NCBI GenBank assembly: GCA_963666285.1
Contig: OY762711.1
Source of the DNA: Sedimentisphaerales bacterium
GTDB lineage: Bacteria; Planctomycetota; Phycisphaerae; Sedimentisphaerales; SM23-30
DNA: 64,000 nucleotides
Direction: 5' to 3' (one strand)
Positions 48,944-60,386 of the stretch are shown here, piece by piece. The notes beneath the pieces were generated by a model. The model made no database searches and had not been told where the DNA came from. It worked only from the letters and a program-made list of their open reading frames with translations. The first letter of the stretch is position 1. Each line of letters begins with the position of its first letter. Position numbers and translations under genes: made by a program.

Positions 48944-50848
48944 ATGAAGCTTATATCTTCCGCTTTAATATTATCTTTATTTCTTTTAGTTTGCTTTAGT
49001 AATGCTGAAGAAAAGTTCAAACCAGCTTGGGAGTCTCTGGCTACACACAATGAAGAACCGGAATGGCTCAAGGATGCAAAACTAGGTATATATTTTCATT
49101 GGGGTATATATTCGGTTCCGGCATATTCATCCGAATGGTACCCTCGAAACATGCACCTAAACCACCCGGCTAATAAGTACCATATCAAAACATATGGTGA
49201 TCCTACGGTATTTGGATATCATGATTTTGTTCCCTTATTCAAGGTAGAAAAGTTTGACGCCGAAGAGTGGGCAAAACTGTTTAAGGATGCTGGTGCGAAA
49301 TTCGCCGGACCGGTTTGTGAGCATCATGACGGCTTTTCAATGTGGGATAGTAAATTCACTCCCTGGAATTCGATGAACAAAGGGCCAAAACGTGACATCA
49401 CCGGAGAACTGGCAAAAGCTATTCGTAAATATGATATGAAATTAATAACAACATTTCATCATGCCCGCAACAATCTTTGGAAAAAAGGCAATACCTGGAC
49501 TGGGCATTACGATGGTATAATGAAAAATTACCCATCTTTACTGGAAAATCCAGAAAATGCCATTCTATATGGTTATATGCCTAGAGATAAGTTTGTGAAA
49601 ATGTGGCTCAATAAGCTGGAAGAAGTTATCGATAACTACCAGCCTGACATTATCTGGTTTGACAGCTGGCTGGATGAGATTCCTGAAAATACCAGGCAGG
49701 AATTTTGCGCTTACTATTTAAATCAGGCAAACAAGTGGGGTGAAGATGTTGCTATTATTCGTAAACAGAACGATCTGCCGCTTAGTGTTAGTATAAACGA
49801 TCATGAAAAATCTCGCGAACCAAAAGCACTTCCTAAATTGTGGATGACCGATGATACTATCAGCACAGGCAGCTGGTGTTATACTAATAATCTTAAAATT
49901 AAGTCATTACACAAAGTTGTTCATTCGATTATTGACACCGTTTCGAAAAATGGAGTTATTCTGCTGAATATTTCTCCTATGGCTGATGGTTCTATTCCAG
50001 AAGACCAGAAAAATGTCTTGTATGGCCTGGGTAATTGGTTAAAGATCAACGGTGAAGCTATTTACAATACCAGGCCATGGAAAATAGCCGGACAAGGCCC
50101 AACAACTGAACCTGCCGGTGGATTCAGTAAGGCTAATGAATTTCTTAACCTTGAATACACTTCTGATGACATCCGGTTCACCTGCAGCAAAGATGAAAAA
50201 ACTCTTTATGCTATCTGTATGGGGTGGCCCGAAACGCCTTTACTTCTGGATACTATCAAAGTTGTTAATAAAGAAAGCTATGCAGATGTTCAGTTACTTG
50301 GCAATAATATAAAACCCGATTACACGATTGAAACTGATGGTTCATTACTGATCAATACTCCTAAACTGCATAAAAATGAACTTCCTTGGGATTCTGCATA
50401 CGTTTTCAAATTAACAGGCTTCAAATTTGATGTGAATCCTTTTGGTGTGCCTGAAGCGGTTACCTTAAAAGCAGAAGATGCTGTTTTAGATGGCCGACAG
50501 ATTGCTTGCGAAGAAGCAATTAAAGGCCGCAAAAATATTGGAGTTTGGAATGATAATTCAGATACAATCCATTGGCTGGTTCGCATAGCAAATCCTGGCA
50601 AATATCAACTACGAGGCGAATTTGCTTCTGCTGCCGGTGAAGGATCACTCAAATTACAGATTGCAGAACAATCAGTATTTTTCAATATCCCTGCAACTAA
50701 AAATTGGGCAGACGGCAAAATGGTTGAAATCGGCCGCGTAAATTTTCATAAAGCAGGTATTTATCACTTGATTCTCTCAACTGATAAATCCAAATCTCAT
50801 AAACCGGTAAATGTCTGGCAAATTCAGTTTGCTCCGGCAGACAAATAA
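48944..50848 (+). CDS. Alpha-L-fucosidase GH29 with C-terminal CBM-like domain
   Basis: AKLGIYFHWGIYSVP, EHHDGFSMW, IIWFD, LLNISP. Confidence 0.92.
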   Translation: MKLISSALILSLFLLVCFSNAEEKFKPAWESLATHNEEPEWLKDAKLGIYFHWGIYSVPAYSSEWYPRNMHLNHPANKYHIKTYGDPTVFGYHDFVPLFKVEKFDAEEWAKLFKDAGAKFAGPVCEHHDGFSMWDSKFTPWNSMNKGPKRDITGELAKAIRKYDMKLITTFHHARNNLWKKGNTWTGHYDGIMKNYPSLLENPENAILYGYMPRDKFVKMWLNKLEEVIDNYQPDIIWFDSWLDEIPENTRQEFCAYYLNQANKWGEDVAIIRKQNDLPLSVSINDHEKSREPKALPKLWMTDDTISTGSWCYTNNLKIKSLHKVVHSIIDTVSKNGVILLNISPMADGSIPEDQKNVLYGLGNWLKINGEAIYNTRPWKIAGQGPTTEPAGGFSKANEFLNLEYTSDDIRFTCSKDEKTLYAICMGWPETPLLLDTIKVVNKESYADVQLLGNNIKPDYTIETDGSLLINTPKLHKNELPWDSAYVFKLTGFKFDVNPFGVPEAVTLKAEDAVLDGRQIACEEAIKGRKNIGVWNDNSDTIHWLVRIANPGKYQLRGEFASAAGEGSLKLQIAEQSVFFNIPATKNWADGKMVEIGRVNFHKAGIYHLILSTDKSKSHKPVNVWQIQFAPADK

Positions 50849-50888
50849 ATAACCACAATATTAATTCAGTTAAGGAAAAATATAACTC

Positions 50889-53357
50889 ATGTTGAAAATT
50901 AAATTAATATCATTTTTCGTGATATCTTGTATGCTATGCTGTGCTGCTTTCGCCAACGATATGAATCTCTGGTATGATAAACCCGCCCAGGCATGGGTAG
51001 AAGCTCTGCCGATTGGTAATGGAAATCTGGGAGCAATGATATTCGGCGGCACATCCAAGGAACAGCTCCAGCTTAACGAAGAAACTATATGGTCCGGAGA
51101 GCCGGGAAATAATATCCCCAAAGGCTTCAATGAAATACTTGAAGATACTCGTAAACTAATCTTTAACGGCAAATACAAACAGGCTGAAGAACTTATAATG
51201 ACACGGTTCCCCAGACATGTCGCAGAAGACAATAACTACGGTATGCCTTACCAGACAGCAGGAGACTTATATATTGAATTTCCCGGCCATGATCATGTTG
51301 AAAATTATCGGCGCGATCTTAATATCCAAAATGCTGTAAGCTCTGTGGCCTATTCAATCAATGGCATTTCATTCAAACGCGAATATTTCGCCTCACTGAC
51401 AGATCATGTGATATACGTTCGGCTAACCGCCGATAAACCTGGGCAGATAAATTGTAACCTTTCCTTAACCTCTCCACACGATAGTAAACAATTGAATATT
51501 GAAAATGGAATTTTATCTTTAACTGCTATGTCAGGTAATAATGAAAATAAACAAGGTAAGGTAAAATTTGAAATCCAGGTCTGCTCAAAACTCGACGGAG
51601 GTCATATCTCTCATTCAAATTCACAACTAAGTATTAATAATGCTGATGCAGTTACCTTCATTCTTTCTATAGCTACTAATTTCGTTAAATATAATGACAT
51701 CTCGGCAGACCAGCATCAGCGAGTATCACAGTATATTAACGATGCCGGTAAAAAAACATTTGTGCAGGCCAGGGCTGAACATATAAAAAAATACAGACAG
51801 TATTTCGATCGCGTCTCCTTGGATCTTGGTATTTCTGATTCAATTAATAAGCCTACCGATATCAGAATAAACGAGTTCGCCTCCAGCAATGACCCGCAGC
51901 TTGTGTCTTTATATTTCCAGTTTGGTCGCTATCTGCTAATTTCATGCTCTCAACCTGGCGGCCAGCCGGCTACCCTCCAGGGTATCTGGAATCGACATAT
52001 GAATCCACCATGGGACTGTAAATACACTATTAATATAAATACCGAAATGAACTACTGGCCGGCTGAAGTAACCAACCTGTCAGAGATGCACGAGCCGCTT
52101 TTTTCCATGCTCGAAGATCTATCACACACAGGACAGGATTCTGCAAAACAAATGTATAACGCACGTGGGTGGGTCGCACATCATAACACTGACCTCTGGC
52201 GCATTACCGGACCCGTTGATGGTGCTTTTTACGGCATGTGGCCTATGGGTGGGGCCTGGCTCTCAACCCATCTTTGGCAGCATTATTTATATTCTGGCGA
52301 TAAAGACTTTTTGAAAAAGGTATATCCAATATTAAAAGGAGTGTCTTTATTTTACGTTGATGTCCTGCAGGAAGAATCAACCCATAAATGGCTGGTTGTT
52401 TGTCCAAGTATGTCACCGGAAAATCGTCATCCGGGCGGAACCTCTATTAACGCCGGCTGTACAATGGATAATCAGATCGTATTTGATACTTTCTCAAATA
52501 CCATGCAAGCTGCCAAAATACTAAATATTGATAGTGATTTTGCCAAACAACTTGAAGAAAAAATTGACAGGCTTCCTCCAATGCATATCGGCCAACATAC
52601 CCAGTTGCAGGAATGGCTGCAGGATTGGGACAAAACAAATGATCATCATCGTCATATCTCCCATCTTTATGGGCTGCATCCGAGCAATCAGGTTTCTCCT
52701 TACAGCAATCCTGAACTGTTTGAAGCGGCACGTAATACACTGGTATACCGTGGGGATATCAGTACCGGTTGGTCAATGGGATGGAAAGTTAATTTCTGGG
52801 CCAGACTCCTTGACGGCAATCGTGCCTATAAACTCATCCAAAACCAGTTAAGCCCTGCTCCCGTAAGCGAACAAGGCGGCAGCGGCGGTACATATCCAAA
52901 CTTTTTCGACGCACATCCTCCATTCCAGATAGATGGTAACTTTGGCTGCACAGCAGGCATCGCGGAGATGCTCATGCAGAGTCATGACGGTGCTATACAT
53001 CTGCTGCCTGCCTTGCCAGATGCATGGGCTGACAGTGGAACAGTTAGCGGACTGCGTGCTAGAGGTGGCTTTGAAATTAGTATGACCTGGAAAAATAGAC
53101 TGGTAAATCAATTAACAATAACATCACTCCTGGGCGGCAACTGCCGTTTACGTCTACCCAATTCAATATCAGGTAATGCTTCTTTATCGAAAATATCACT
53201 GGATATGCCGAATCCAAATCCTTTCTTTAACACTGCCAATATCAAACAGCCTGTTATAAGTGAAAAAGCTTCTCTTAATGGTATTACATTGCCTGAAACA
53301 TTTGTTTATGATTTCCAAACCGAAAAAGGAAAAACTTATACTTTTATGAATAAATGA
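50889..53357 (+). CDS. Alpha-1,2-L-fucosidase GH95
   Basis: [44 protein letters not shown]. Confidence 0.95.
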   Translation: MLKIKLISFFVISCMLCCAAFANDMNLWYDKPAQAWVEALPIGNGNLGAMIFGGTSKEQLQLNEETIWSGEPGNNIPKGFNEILEDTRKLIFNGKYKQAEELIMTRFPRHVAEDNNYGMPYQTAGDLYIEFPGHDHVENYRRDLNIQNAVSSVAYSINGISFKREYFASLTDHVIYVRLTADKPGQINCNLSLTSPHDSKQLNIENGILSLTAMSGNNENKQGKVKFEIQVCSKLDGGHISHSNSQLSINNADAVTFILSIATNFVKYNDISADQHQRVSQYINDAGKKTFVQARAEHIKKYRQYFDRVSLDLGISDSINKPTDIRINEFASSNDPQLVSLYFQFGRYLLISCSQPGGQPATLQGIWNRHMNPPWDCKYTININTEMNYWPAEVTNLSEMHEPLFSMLEDLSHTGQDSAKQMYNARGWVAHHNTDLWRITGPVDGAFYGMWPMGGAWLSTHLWQHYLYSGDKDFLKKVYPILKGVSLFYVDVLQEESTHKWLVVCPSMSPENRHPGGTSINAGCTMDNQIVFDTFSNTMQAAKILNIDSDFAKQLEEKIDRLPPMHIGQHTQLQEWLQDWDKTNDHHRHISHLYGLHPSNQVSPYSNPELFEAARNTLVYRGDISTGWSMGWKVNFWARLLDGNRAYKLIQNQLSPAPVSEQGGSGGTYPNFFDAHPPFQIDGNFGCTAGIAEMLMQSHDGAIHLLPALPDAWADSGTVSGLRARGGFEISMTWKNRLVNQLTITSLLGGNCRLRLPNSISGNASLSKISLDMPNPNPFFNTANIKQPVISEKASLNGITLPETFVYDFQTEKGKTYTFMNK

Positions 53358-53424
53358 TATAATTCTGCCATATTATAAAAATATCGTTCGAATAAATAAT
53401 CTCTATATTCCAGAAATTATTTAC

Positions 53425-53464
53425 AAAAAAACAAGCCGGGGCTTTTGGCCTCGGCTTATTTTTT
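53425..53464. terminator. Bidirectional intrinsic terminator
   Basis: AAGCCGGGGC-tttg-GCCTCGGCTT flanked by A- and T-runs, between convergent genes. Confidence 0.8.
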
Positions 53465-53522
53465 GGACTAAGGAAGTCTGCAATTCAAGACTTCTTATTT
53501 TCAGAAATAGGAATCTATATAA

Positions 53523-53963
53523 TTATTTAATTGTAATTGTCTGTGGTTTCTTCTCCGGCGGCACGTCCATTTTGATCTTTAGTACACCATCTGTATATTC
53601 GGCATGAATTTTATCCTGCTGAATATTATGAGGCAGTTTTACTGAACGTGAGAAGCTCTGATGGCGTCTTTCCCTGACATAATAGCTGCCGTCCTTCTTT
53701 TCATTTGTATCTTCCTTGTGTTCGGCTGAAATGTTTAAAACACCATCTTCAATTGTCAAATTGATTTCATCCTTGTTGAAACCCGGCAGATCACAATCAA
53801 CATGAATCGCATCTTTGTCTTCATATAAATCCATGCTGCCAATCATGTTTGTCCATTGAGTCTGGCCGCTCCAGAATCCATTCAAAAATTCATCAAAATC
53901 TTCAAACAGGTCTCTTTTTCTTGTTAATGCTGAATTATTATTTTTTCTCATTACAGGTAACAT
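53523..53963 (-). CDS. Small heat-shock protein Hsp20
   Basis: DLPGFNKDEI, ER...FSRSVKLP, AEYTDGVLKI; GGAGG RBS before MLPV. Confidence 0.93.
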   Translation of the reverse strand: MLPVMRKNNNSALTRKRDLFEDFDEFLNGFWSGQTQWTNMIGSMDLYEDKDAIHVDCDLPGFNKDEINLTIEDGVLNISAEHKEDTNEKKDGSYYVRERRHQSFSRSVKLPHNIQQDKIHAEYTDGVLKIKMDVPPEKKPQTITIK

Positions 53964-54106
53964 AGTTGCACCTCCGTTTAGTTTCCAAAGTGTGTTCATT
54001 TTTACTCCATACTATACTTTTTACATTTTGTTTTTTTGTTTTGGCTGATCGTCACCAGCCAGTCCAAAGGCCTTTGAAAACTTTTTATTACTCGTTAATA
54101 CTACAT

Positions 54107-54122
54107 TGCAAGTGCTGTGCCA
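54107..54122 (-). promoter_or_regulatory. sigma54 promoter of hsp20
   Basis: TGGCAC-agcac-TTGCA (-24/-12 consensus); upstream TGCCA-N3-TGGCA (54193) and TGCCA-N3-TGACA (54231) enhancer-like sites. Confidence 0.8.
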
Positions 54123-54351
54123 AACTCCAACAGCACACATAACTGACTGTAAAAACAAGCCTTACACAAAATACCGCCTTAATAATAATTTATGCCATTT
54201 TGGCAGAAGTCTTTATTGGGACTTTTTTTCTGCCAAATTGACACTTTAATAACTGGCATACGTATGTGACGATTAAACTATATTCTTGAAATTTTTCCTC
54301 TGGACAGTTATTATGCAAGATTAGTTATAACAATGGTTTATACGAGGTTTA

Positions 54352-55566
54352 ATGCATAATATATATAACATTTTTACTGTCTGCATTATTGCCTTCCAGG
54401 CAATAATGATTTATCAAAGTATTCGATCCGCTAGATTTATACTGCGAAAAAGCAAAGAAAATGCCAAGAAAGATAACTTCAAAGCAACTATCATTTGCCC
54501 ATGCAGAGGTATTGACACCACCTTCGAACGCAATATGAATACTCTCTTCAGGCAAAAACATAACAATTACAAAATTATTTTTGTTGTCGAAGATACTTCC
54601 GACCCGGCATACTCTAAACTAAATGAAATTATTCAACTTAATAAAGATCAGGGTTGCAATGTTCCTGCTGAAATCATTATCGCCGGCCTGGCAGAAACTA
54701 ACTCACAAAAAGTACACAACCTGCTTGCCGCGATAGCTAATATTAATAATGATTGTGAAGCTTTTGTCTTTGTTGACTCCGATGCTTTTCTGCCGGAACA
54801 CTTTCTCCGTTTAATCTTAAAGCCGCTTAAAAAAGAAAAAAACATTGTTTCAACCGGATATCGCTGGTTCGTCCCGGAAGACGATAAGCTGAGCAGCCAT
54901 ACACTCAGTGCAGTAAATGCGTTCTTCGCCGGAGCTCTTGGCCAGCATAAATGGAACTGTGCCTGGGGCGGAGCGATGGCAATATTAAAAAAAGATTTCT
55001 ATGACTGTAAAATCGACGAGATATGGCAGGGAGCTCTCTCTGATGATTACTCGCTAACGTGGGCAGTAAAACATTATACCAACCGAAGAATATATTTTAT
55101 GCCGCAGTGTCTACTGCCCAGCTTTGAAAAGACAACATGGACCAATCTGTTCTCGTTCGCTAAACGCCAGCTCGTAATTACTCGCTGCTGTATGAATTAT
55201 CTTTGGTGGATGGTACTTATAGCTTTCAGCCTATACCTCATCTCTTTCTGGGGGGGCTTAGCCGCTGTTATCTTCATGGTATTTAATGGAAACGAACATT
55301 GGTTATCTGCAGCTATTCTTCCAGCAGCAATCTACATTTCCGGTGTAGCCAAGGCTATCGCAAGGCAAACAATGGCAAGCAAGTTGTATCCGGAACTAAA
55401 AAAACGATTTGCTAAAGCAGCCGTACTGGATATCTTTTTCCAACCATTCATCAACAGTTATACTTTTGCCGCTATTATTGCCGCAGGGTTTACCAGAAGC
55501 GTTATCTGGCGCAAAAAGAAATATACCATCATATCGATAGACAAAACAAAGATTGAACTGTATTGA
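54352..55566 (+). CDS. Membrane glycosyltransferase GT2/GT21 (ceramide glucosyltransferase-like)
   Basis: IICPCRG, SQKVHNL, FVDSD, WGGAMA, LSDDY, C-terminal TM helices. Confidence 0.82.
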   Translation: MHNIYNIFTVCIIAFQAIMIYQSIRSARFILRKSKENAKKDNFKATIICPCRGIDTTFERNMNTLFRQKHNNYKIIFVVEDTSDPAYSKLNEIIQLNKDQGCNVPAEIIIAGLAETNSQKVHNLLAAIANINNDCEAFVFVDSDAFLPEHFLRLILKPLKKEKNIVSTGYRWFVPEDDKLSSHTLSAVNAFFAGALGQHKWNCAWGGAMAILKKDFYDCKIDEIWQGALSDDYSLTWAVKHYTNRRIYFMPQCLLPSFEKTTWTNLFSFAKRQLVITRCCMNYLWWMVLIAFSLYLISFWGGLAAVIFMVFNGNEHWLSAAILPAAIYISGVAKAIARQTMASKLYPELKKRFAKAAVLDIFFQPFINSYTFAAIIAAGFTRSVIWRKKKYTIISIDKTKIELY

Positions 55567-55594
55567 ATTCTCAAATAAGCAGCTCTAAGCTCAA

Positions 55595-56437
55595 TTAGAA
55601 CAATTGCTGCTTTAATTCATTCTGGACCTGTTTAACTCGTTCTGTTCCCAGTTTAACATAATTTTCTGATATATCAAATGTCAAAAAACGGCGTCCCAGT
55701 CTACATGCAGTCGCAGCTGTTGTTCCGCTGCCGCTAAACGGATCTATCACCATACTGTTCGGATTGCTGGCAACTTTTATAATTCGCTCCAGTAATTTTT
55801 CAGGCATCTGACAGCCATGAAAACCGCGACGCTCCTTAAACGTACCGCATACCCGGGAAAAATGCCAGGTATCCTCATCAGCAGCAAAACCAGCATCATC
55901 AATTTCCTGCGGTCGGAGAATCCAGGTATCATCCGGCACTCTCCCTCGGCTGTCTGCCCGCTTATCATTATAGGTTGTCTGACGGGCCGAAGGTACCCGG
56001 ACTTCCATATCGTTGAAGATAAAATCCTTCTCACTTCTGGTATAGTACAATATATGTGTATGAGAACGAGAAAACTTTTTCTTGGTATTCTGGCCAAAGG
56101 TATAGTACCAGATTATCCAGTTGCGAAAATGCATGCCAAGCTCGCGAAGAATTACTTTAAGCTCTGCTGCATATTCATCTCCTATCGCTATCCACATCGA
56201 TCCCTGCTCGGTTAAAACATCTCGACACGCCGCCATCCAGTCTCGCGACCAATCAAGATAGACATCATACTCCAGCTTGTCATGATATTTATCATACTCA
56301 TAACCTATATTAAAAGGCGGATCGGCAAATACCAGGTCAGCAAACGGCTCGTTGTCATGTGCCAGAAGCTGCTTTTTCAGCTCGCTTACACAATCTCCTA
56401 ATATTATTTTATTTTCCAGTGTTTTTGATCTGCTCAT
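55595..56437 (-). CDS. Orphan N6-adenine/N4-cytosine DNA methyltransferase (beta class)
   Basis: FADPPFN precedes DPFSGSGTT; no adjacent endonuclease. Confidence 0.9.
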   Translation of the reverse strand: MSRSKTLENKIILGDCVSELKKQLLAHDNEPFADLVFADPPFNIGYEYDKYHDKLEYDVYLDWSRDWMAACRDVLTEQGSMWIAIGDEYAAELKVILRELGMHFRNWIIWYYTFGQNTKKKFSRSHTHILYYTRSEKDFIFNDMEVRVPSARQTTYNDKRADSRGRVPDDTWILRPQEIDDAGFAADEDTWHFSRVCGTFKERRGFHGCQMPEKLLERIIKVASNPNSMVIDPFSGSGTTAATACRLGRRFLTFDISENYVKLGTERVKQVQNELKQQLF

Positions 56438-56673
56438 AGTGCTATATAGTATAAGGATTTATGATAAGTTGACAACTTTTAAACTCACACGAATCACTCA
56501 ACTTTCAGCAAATGTGAAGCTTTTTCCCAAATCATTAAAAAACAGGTGCTTATATGCTATTTGACTATAAATCGCTGTTCTGATATAATTTTGGATTCTT
56601 TCCATTTTATGCTGAAATGTTCAGCTGTAATAATAGAAAAACAGAAACCAAATTAAACCATACGGAAAATAAA

Positions 56674-58683
56674 ATGAAAATTTCCCTGAACTGGCTAAAA
56701 GATTATGTTGATTATAACGGCACCATCCCTGAGCTGGAAGATATTTTTATGAAGGCCGGACTGCCGGTTGAAGAAGTTGAACAGGTGGGTGACGATTGGA
56801 TGCTTGATGTCGAAGTTACCAGTAACCGCAATGACTGCCTCGGCCATATCGGGTTGGCACGTGAAGTGGCTGCCGCTACCGGCGCTGCGCTCAAAATGCC
56901 GGAAGTGTCTTTCGCTGAAAGCAACCGAAACGTTAATGATATTGCATCTGTTGAAAACCTGGCTTTTAACGACTGTAAACGTTATACCGCAAGACTAATC
57001 GAAAATGTCAAGATCGCTCCAAGTCCAGACTGGATGCAGAAAAGACTTGAAACTGTAGGTGTGCGATCTATTAATAATGCCGTCGATATCACAAATTATG
57101 TTATGCTGGAGATCGGCCAGCCGCTTCATGCGTTTGATTTCAAAAAAGTCGGAGGGCGTACTATTATCATCCGTCATTCCAACGATGAAGAAATGCAAAT
57201 GATCGACCATAGCACTCATAAATTTGACAAACAGTCATTATTTATTTGTGATGGCAATAGCCCGGTTGCCCTTGCCGGTATTATGGGCGGCTGTGAAAGT
57301 GAAGTAAGCGATCAGACCACAGACATACTACTGGAAAGCGCCTGGTTTAATCCTCTTTCTGTCCGCCGTACTGCCAGAAAATACTCACTTGGCAGTGACT
57401 CATCATATAGATTTGAACGTAACGTTGACATATGGATGACTGAATGGTCCTCTCGCCGGGCGATTGCTCTTATGCAGCAGTTGTGCGGTGGCGAAGTAGC
57501 CTCTGGCATTATCGACTGCTGGGAAAAAGACGGACAAGACTCTGCTACTGTTACTATGCGTATAAGTAGATTAAATATGCTTACCGGCATTGAATTTGAA
57601 CCGCAGCGGCCTATTGAAATCCTGTCACAACTCGGCTATTCCCCGGAATTCGATAATCATGACACCGTTACATGCCATATTCCAAGCTGGAGACTTAATG
57701 ATGTAACCCGTGAAGCCGACCTTATTGAGGAAGTTATTCGTGTTCATGGTTTCGATAATATCCCAACCGATGAAAAGATACATATTAAAGTCAAAAATCC
57801 TGATGCATACCAGCAGATTCGCCAACAGGTATTCTCTGCCTTAAATGGTGTTGGTTTTTATGAAGCTGTTAATGTTAGCTTCATTGATGATGCTCAATGG
57901 AAACTGTTTAATCCTGGCGGTGAGCCGATTGCCGTGCAAAACAATACACGTCGTGCAAACAACACTTTGCGTCCAAGTTTGCTGCCATCACTCTTGACTG
58001 TTTGTAAAACTAATCAGGACGCAGGCAACGACCGGTGTAATATTTTTGAACTTGCCAAGGTTTTCAAATCGCAAAAAGGTACCAAGCAGGAATCAACAAA
58101 ACTTGCTATCTTAACAATAGATGATTTCCGAAAGCTGCGAGGCGCTATCGAACATGCTGTCAAAGCTATTGATAAAAGAGCTCAACTTGTATGTAGCCCT
58201 GCCAAAATCGGCTGGGCCCGTGATGATGCTGCTGCCGAACTTCTTGTCGGCAATAAAATCATCGGTTATGCCGGACTGGCAAACGATAAAATAAAAGGCG
58301 CTTTCAGTCTGGAACACACTCCTTCAATGGCTGAATTAGATTTCGATGCAATTATGGAATTAGCAGGAAAAGTTCCAACTTGCCTGCCGATTTTCAGATT
58401 CCCGGCAATTATCAGAGATCTTTCCCTGGTGCTTGACGAAGCAGTTACCTGGGCCGAGATTGAATCTACTGTCCGTTCCGCTAAAATCGAAGAAATGCGG
58501 GCTGTTAAGTTTATCGATATTTATCGCGGCAAAGGTGTTGAAAAAGGGAAAAAATCCCTGACACTTTCTATTACCTTCCGCAAGGCAGATGGAACCCTTA
58601 CTCATGATGAAGCCGAAAAGTTCCAGGACAATATTCTGTCTCTACTAAAAAATAAATTCAACGCTGAGTTGAGAACTTTATAA
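56674..58683 (+). CDS. pheT: Phenylalanyl-tRNA synthetase beta subunit (short form lacking the B2 OB-fold)
   Basis: MKISLNWLKDYV, EVTSNRNDCLGHIGLARE, GQPLHAFD, DLIEEVIR, FDX-ACB C-terminus. Confidence 0.95.
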   Translation: MKISLNWLKDYVDYNGTIPELEDIFMKAGLPVEEVEQVGDDWMLDVEVTSNRNDCLGHIGLAREVAAATGAALKMPEVSFAESNRNVNDIASVENLAFNDCKRYTARLIENVKIAPSPDWMQKRLETVGVRSINNAVDITNYVMLEIGQPLHAFDFKKVGGRTIIIRHSNDEEMQMIDHSTHKFDKQSLFICDGNSPVALAGIMGGCESEVSDQTTDILLESAWFNPLSVRRTARKYSLGSDSSYRFERNVDIWMTEWSSRRAIALMQQLCGGEVASGIIDCWEKDGQDSATVTMRISRLNMLTGIEFEPQRPIEILSQLGYSPEFDNHDTVTCHIPSWRLNDVTREADLIEEVIRVHGFDNIPTDEKIHIKVKNPDAYQQIRQQVFSALNGVGFYEAVNVSFIDDAQWKLFNPGGEPIAVQNNTRRANNTLRPSLLPSLLTVCKTNQDAGNDRCNIFELAKVFKSQKGTKQESTKLAILTIDDFRKLRGAIEHAVKAIDKRAQLVCSPAKIGWARDDAAAELLVGNKIIGYAGLANDKIKGAFSLEHTPSMAELDFDAIMELAGKVPTCLPIFRFPAIIRDLSLVLDEAVTWAEIESTVRSAKIEEMRAVKFIDIYRGKGVEKGKKSLTLSITFRKADGTLTHDEAEKFQDNILSLLKNKFNAELRTL

Positions 58684-58704
58684 TCTCGTCTGTATGATAT
58701 TTAT

Positions 58705-58738
58705 AAACCGGCCCTATTCCCCCTGGGTCGGTTTTTTT
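58705..58738 (+). terminator. Intrinsic terminator after pheT
   Basis: AAACCGGCCC...GGGTCGGTTTTTTT. Confidence 0.8.
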
Positions 58739-58872
58739 GTGTGCATTATAAAAGCCCGTAGGACATTATATCCAGCGGGCTTCTAATAATGAATCTCCTT
58801 TTGAATTCCTTAAGCGGTATTCAAGGCATACAAGACTATATAAAATCTGCTCCTTATTATGATAAGAGCAAA

Positions 58873-60168
58873 TTAATTAAATTCGCCAAAATCTTCATTG
58901 AAAGGTATAGCTTCTTCTGCTTTGGCTGATGCAGGTACATATGTAAAATTGGCAGGCTCTTTTGATTTGAAACTTTCATTTGCTATATCATGAAAAGCCT
59001 GATCTCCTGCTTTCAGTTGATTTTTATTATTACCTTTATCTTGCTGTGTCTTTATTCCAAAGTTGGAGTTGCTGACATCCTGACCAACCAGCATATTCAG
59101 CTCATTTGCTACCGCCTTTAGTCCGGTTGCCTGTTCTGCCAAACTTCGGTTTGCGTTTGCGCTTTCATCAGCGTTTGCCGCCGATGTCTGTGTAACCTGG
59201 TCGATCTGTGCCAAACCGGTATTAATCTGCTCAATCCCTTTTGCCTGCTCTGCACTTGCTGTTGATATCTCATCTACAAGTCCCGCAACCTTGCTAATGG
59301 TATCGTTTATTGTTTCCAGGCTCTTACCTACTTCTTCTGTTATTGAAACTCCATTGTTAGCATTCTTTACTGACTCTTCGATCATAGCGGATGTGTTTTT
59401 TGCAGCTTCCGCTGATCTCATAGCCAGGTTCCTAACCTCTTCTGCTACCACAGCAAAACCTTTACCTGCTTCTCCCGCTCGAGCAGCTTCTACAGCGGCA
59501 TTTAACGCCAACAGATTTGTCTGAAATGCTATCTCATCAATAACTTTAATTATTTTACTGGTCTCTTCCGACGAATGCTGGATATCGTTTATAGCTTCAC
59601 GCATACGAGCCATCGATTCTGCTCCTTCACTGGCTGCCCTGTTTGCTTCCGCTGCAAGCCTGTTTGCTTCTGCTGCATTATCCGCATTCATTTTAGTCAT
59701 TGAAGACATCTCCTCCATGCTGGATGAAGTTTCCTCAAGACCGGCAGCCTGTTCAATAGCACCACGCGCCATATTCTGAGATGATATGGCAGTATGATTT
59801 GCTTCAGTTACAACAGTTGATGAACCCGTTGTTAGTTTCGACGCAATTGTTCTCAATGAATTATTAATTGATCGTACTATTACTATTGTTGAGGCGATAC
59901 CTAATACCGTAAGGACAATTGTTATTCCGGGTATAACTGATTTTGCATTATTATATGCTTTCTGATATTCATCAAAAGACTGGTTCATGATTTCAGAAGG
60001 CGGCTGTGACTGAACCTCTGTTAAACTTGCTGATTGAAAATTGATGTCAGTTACAGTTGAATTGATATTATCCAAAGATATATATGAAGTAATACCTAAT
60101 GCTAACGCCAATATGATCTGAATTGAAAAACCGATAGTTACTTTTTTACCGATCGTAACTTTATTCAT
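58873..60168 (-). CDS. Methyl-accepting chemotaxis protein
   Basis: Two TM helices; [37 protein letters not shown]. Confidence 0.96.
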   Translation of the reverse strand: MNKVTIGKKVTIGFSIQIILALALGITSYISLDNINSTVTDINFQSASLTEVQSQPPSEIMNQSFDEYQKAYNNAKSVIPGITIVLTVLGIASTIVIVRSINNSLRTIASKLTTGSSTVVTEANHTAISSQNMARGAIEQAAGLEETSSSMEEMSSMTKMNADNAAEANRLAAEANRAASEGAESMARMREAINDIQHSSEETSKIIKVIDEIAFQTNLLALNAAVEAARAGEAGKGFAVVAEEVRNLAMRSAEAAKNTSAMIEESVKNANNGVSITEEVGKSLETINDTISKVAGLVDEISTASAEQAKGIEQINTGLAQIDQVTQTSAANADESANANRSLAEQATGLKAVANELNMLVGQDVSNSNFGIKTQQDKGNNKNQLKAGDQAFHDIANESFKSKEPANFTYVPASAKAEEAIPFNEDFGEFN

Positions 60169-60218
60169 CTTTACCTCTCTCTTATGTGAAATTGATTACA
60201 ACAACTTATGTAAGTATA

Positions 60219-60245
60219 TTGTCGGCAAAAATAAACCTTACTTAA
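60219..60245 (-). promoter_or_regulatory. sigma28 promoter of the MCP gene
   Basis: TTAAG-N14-GCCGACAA. Confidence 0.75.
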
Positions 60246-60386
60246 TTTAATCTAACATAATTTGGTCTATTTTTTCCTGCAATCAATTGTAAACACAAGA
60301 GATAAGATATTATTATATTTCTAACCAAGATAAATATTTATTCACTTATTCAGGTTATTGGACTAAGGTAAAAAAATAATTGCTCG

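Noticed and set aside
56617..58683. Short PheT without adjacent pheS as a pseudogene or novelty
   Set aside because: ORF is intact with the remaining domains; B2-less PheT forms are known
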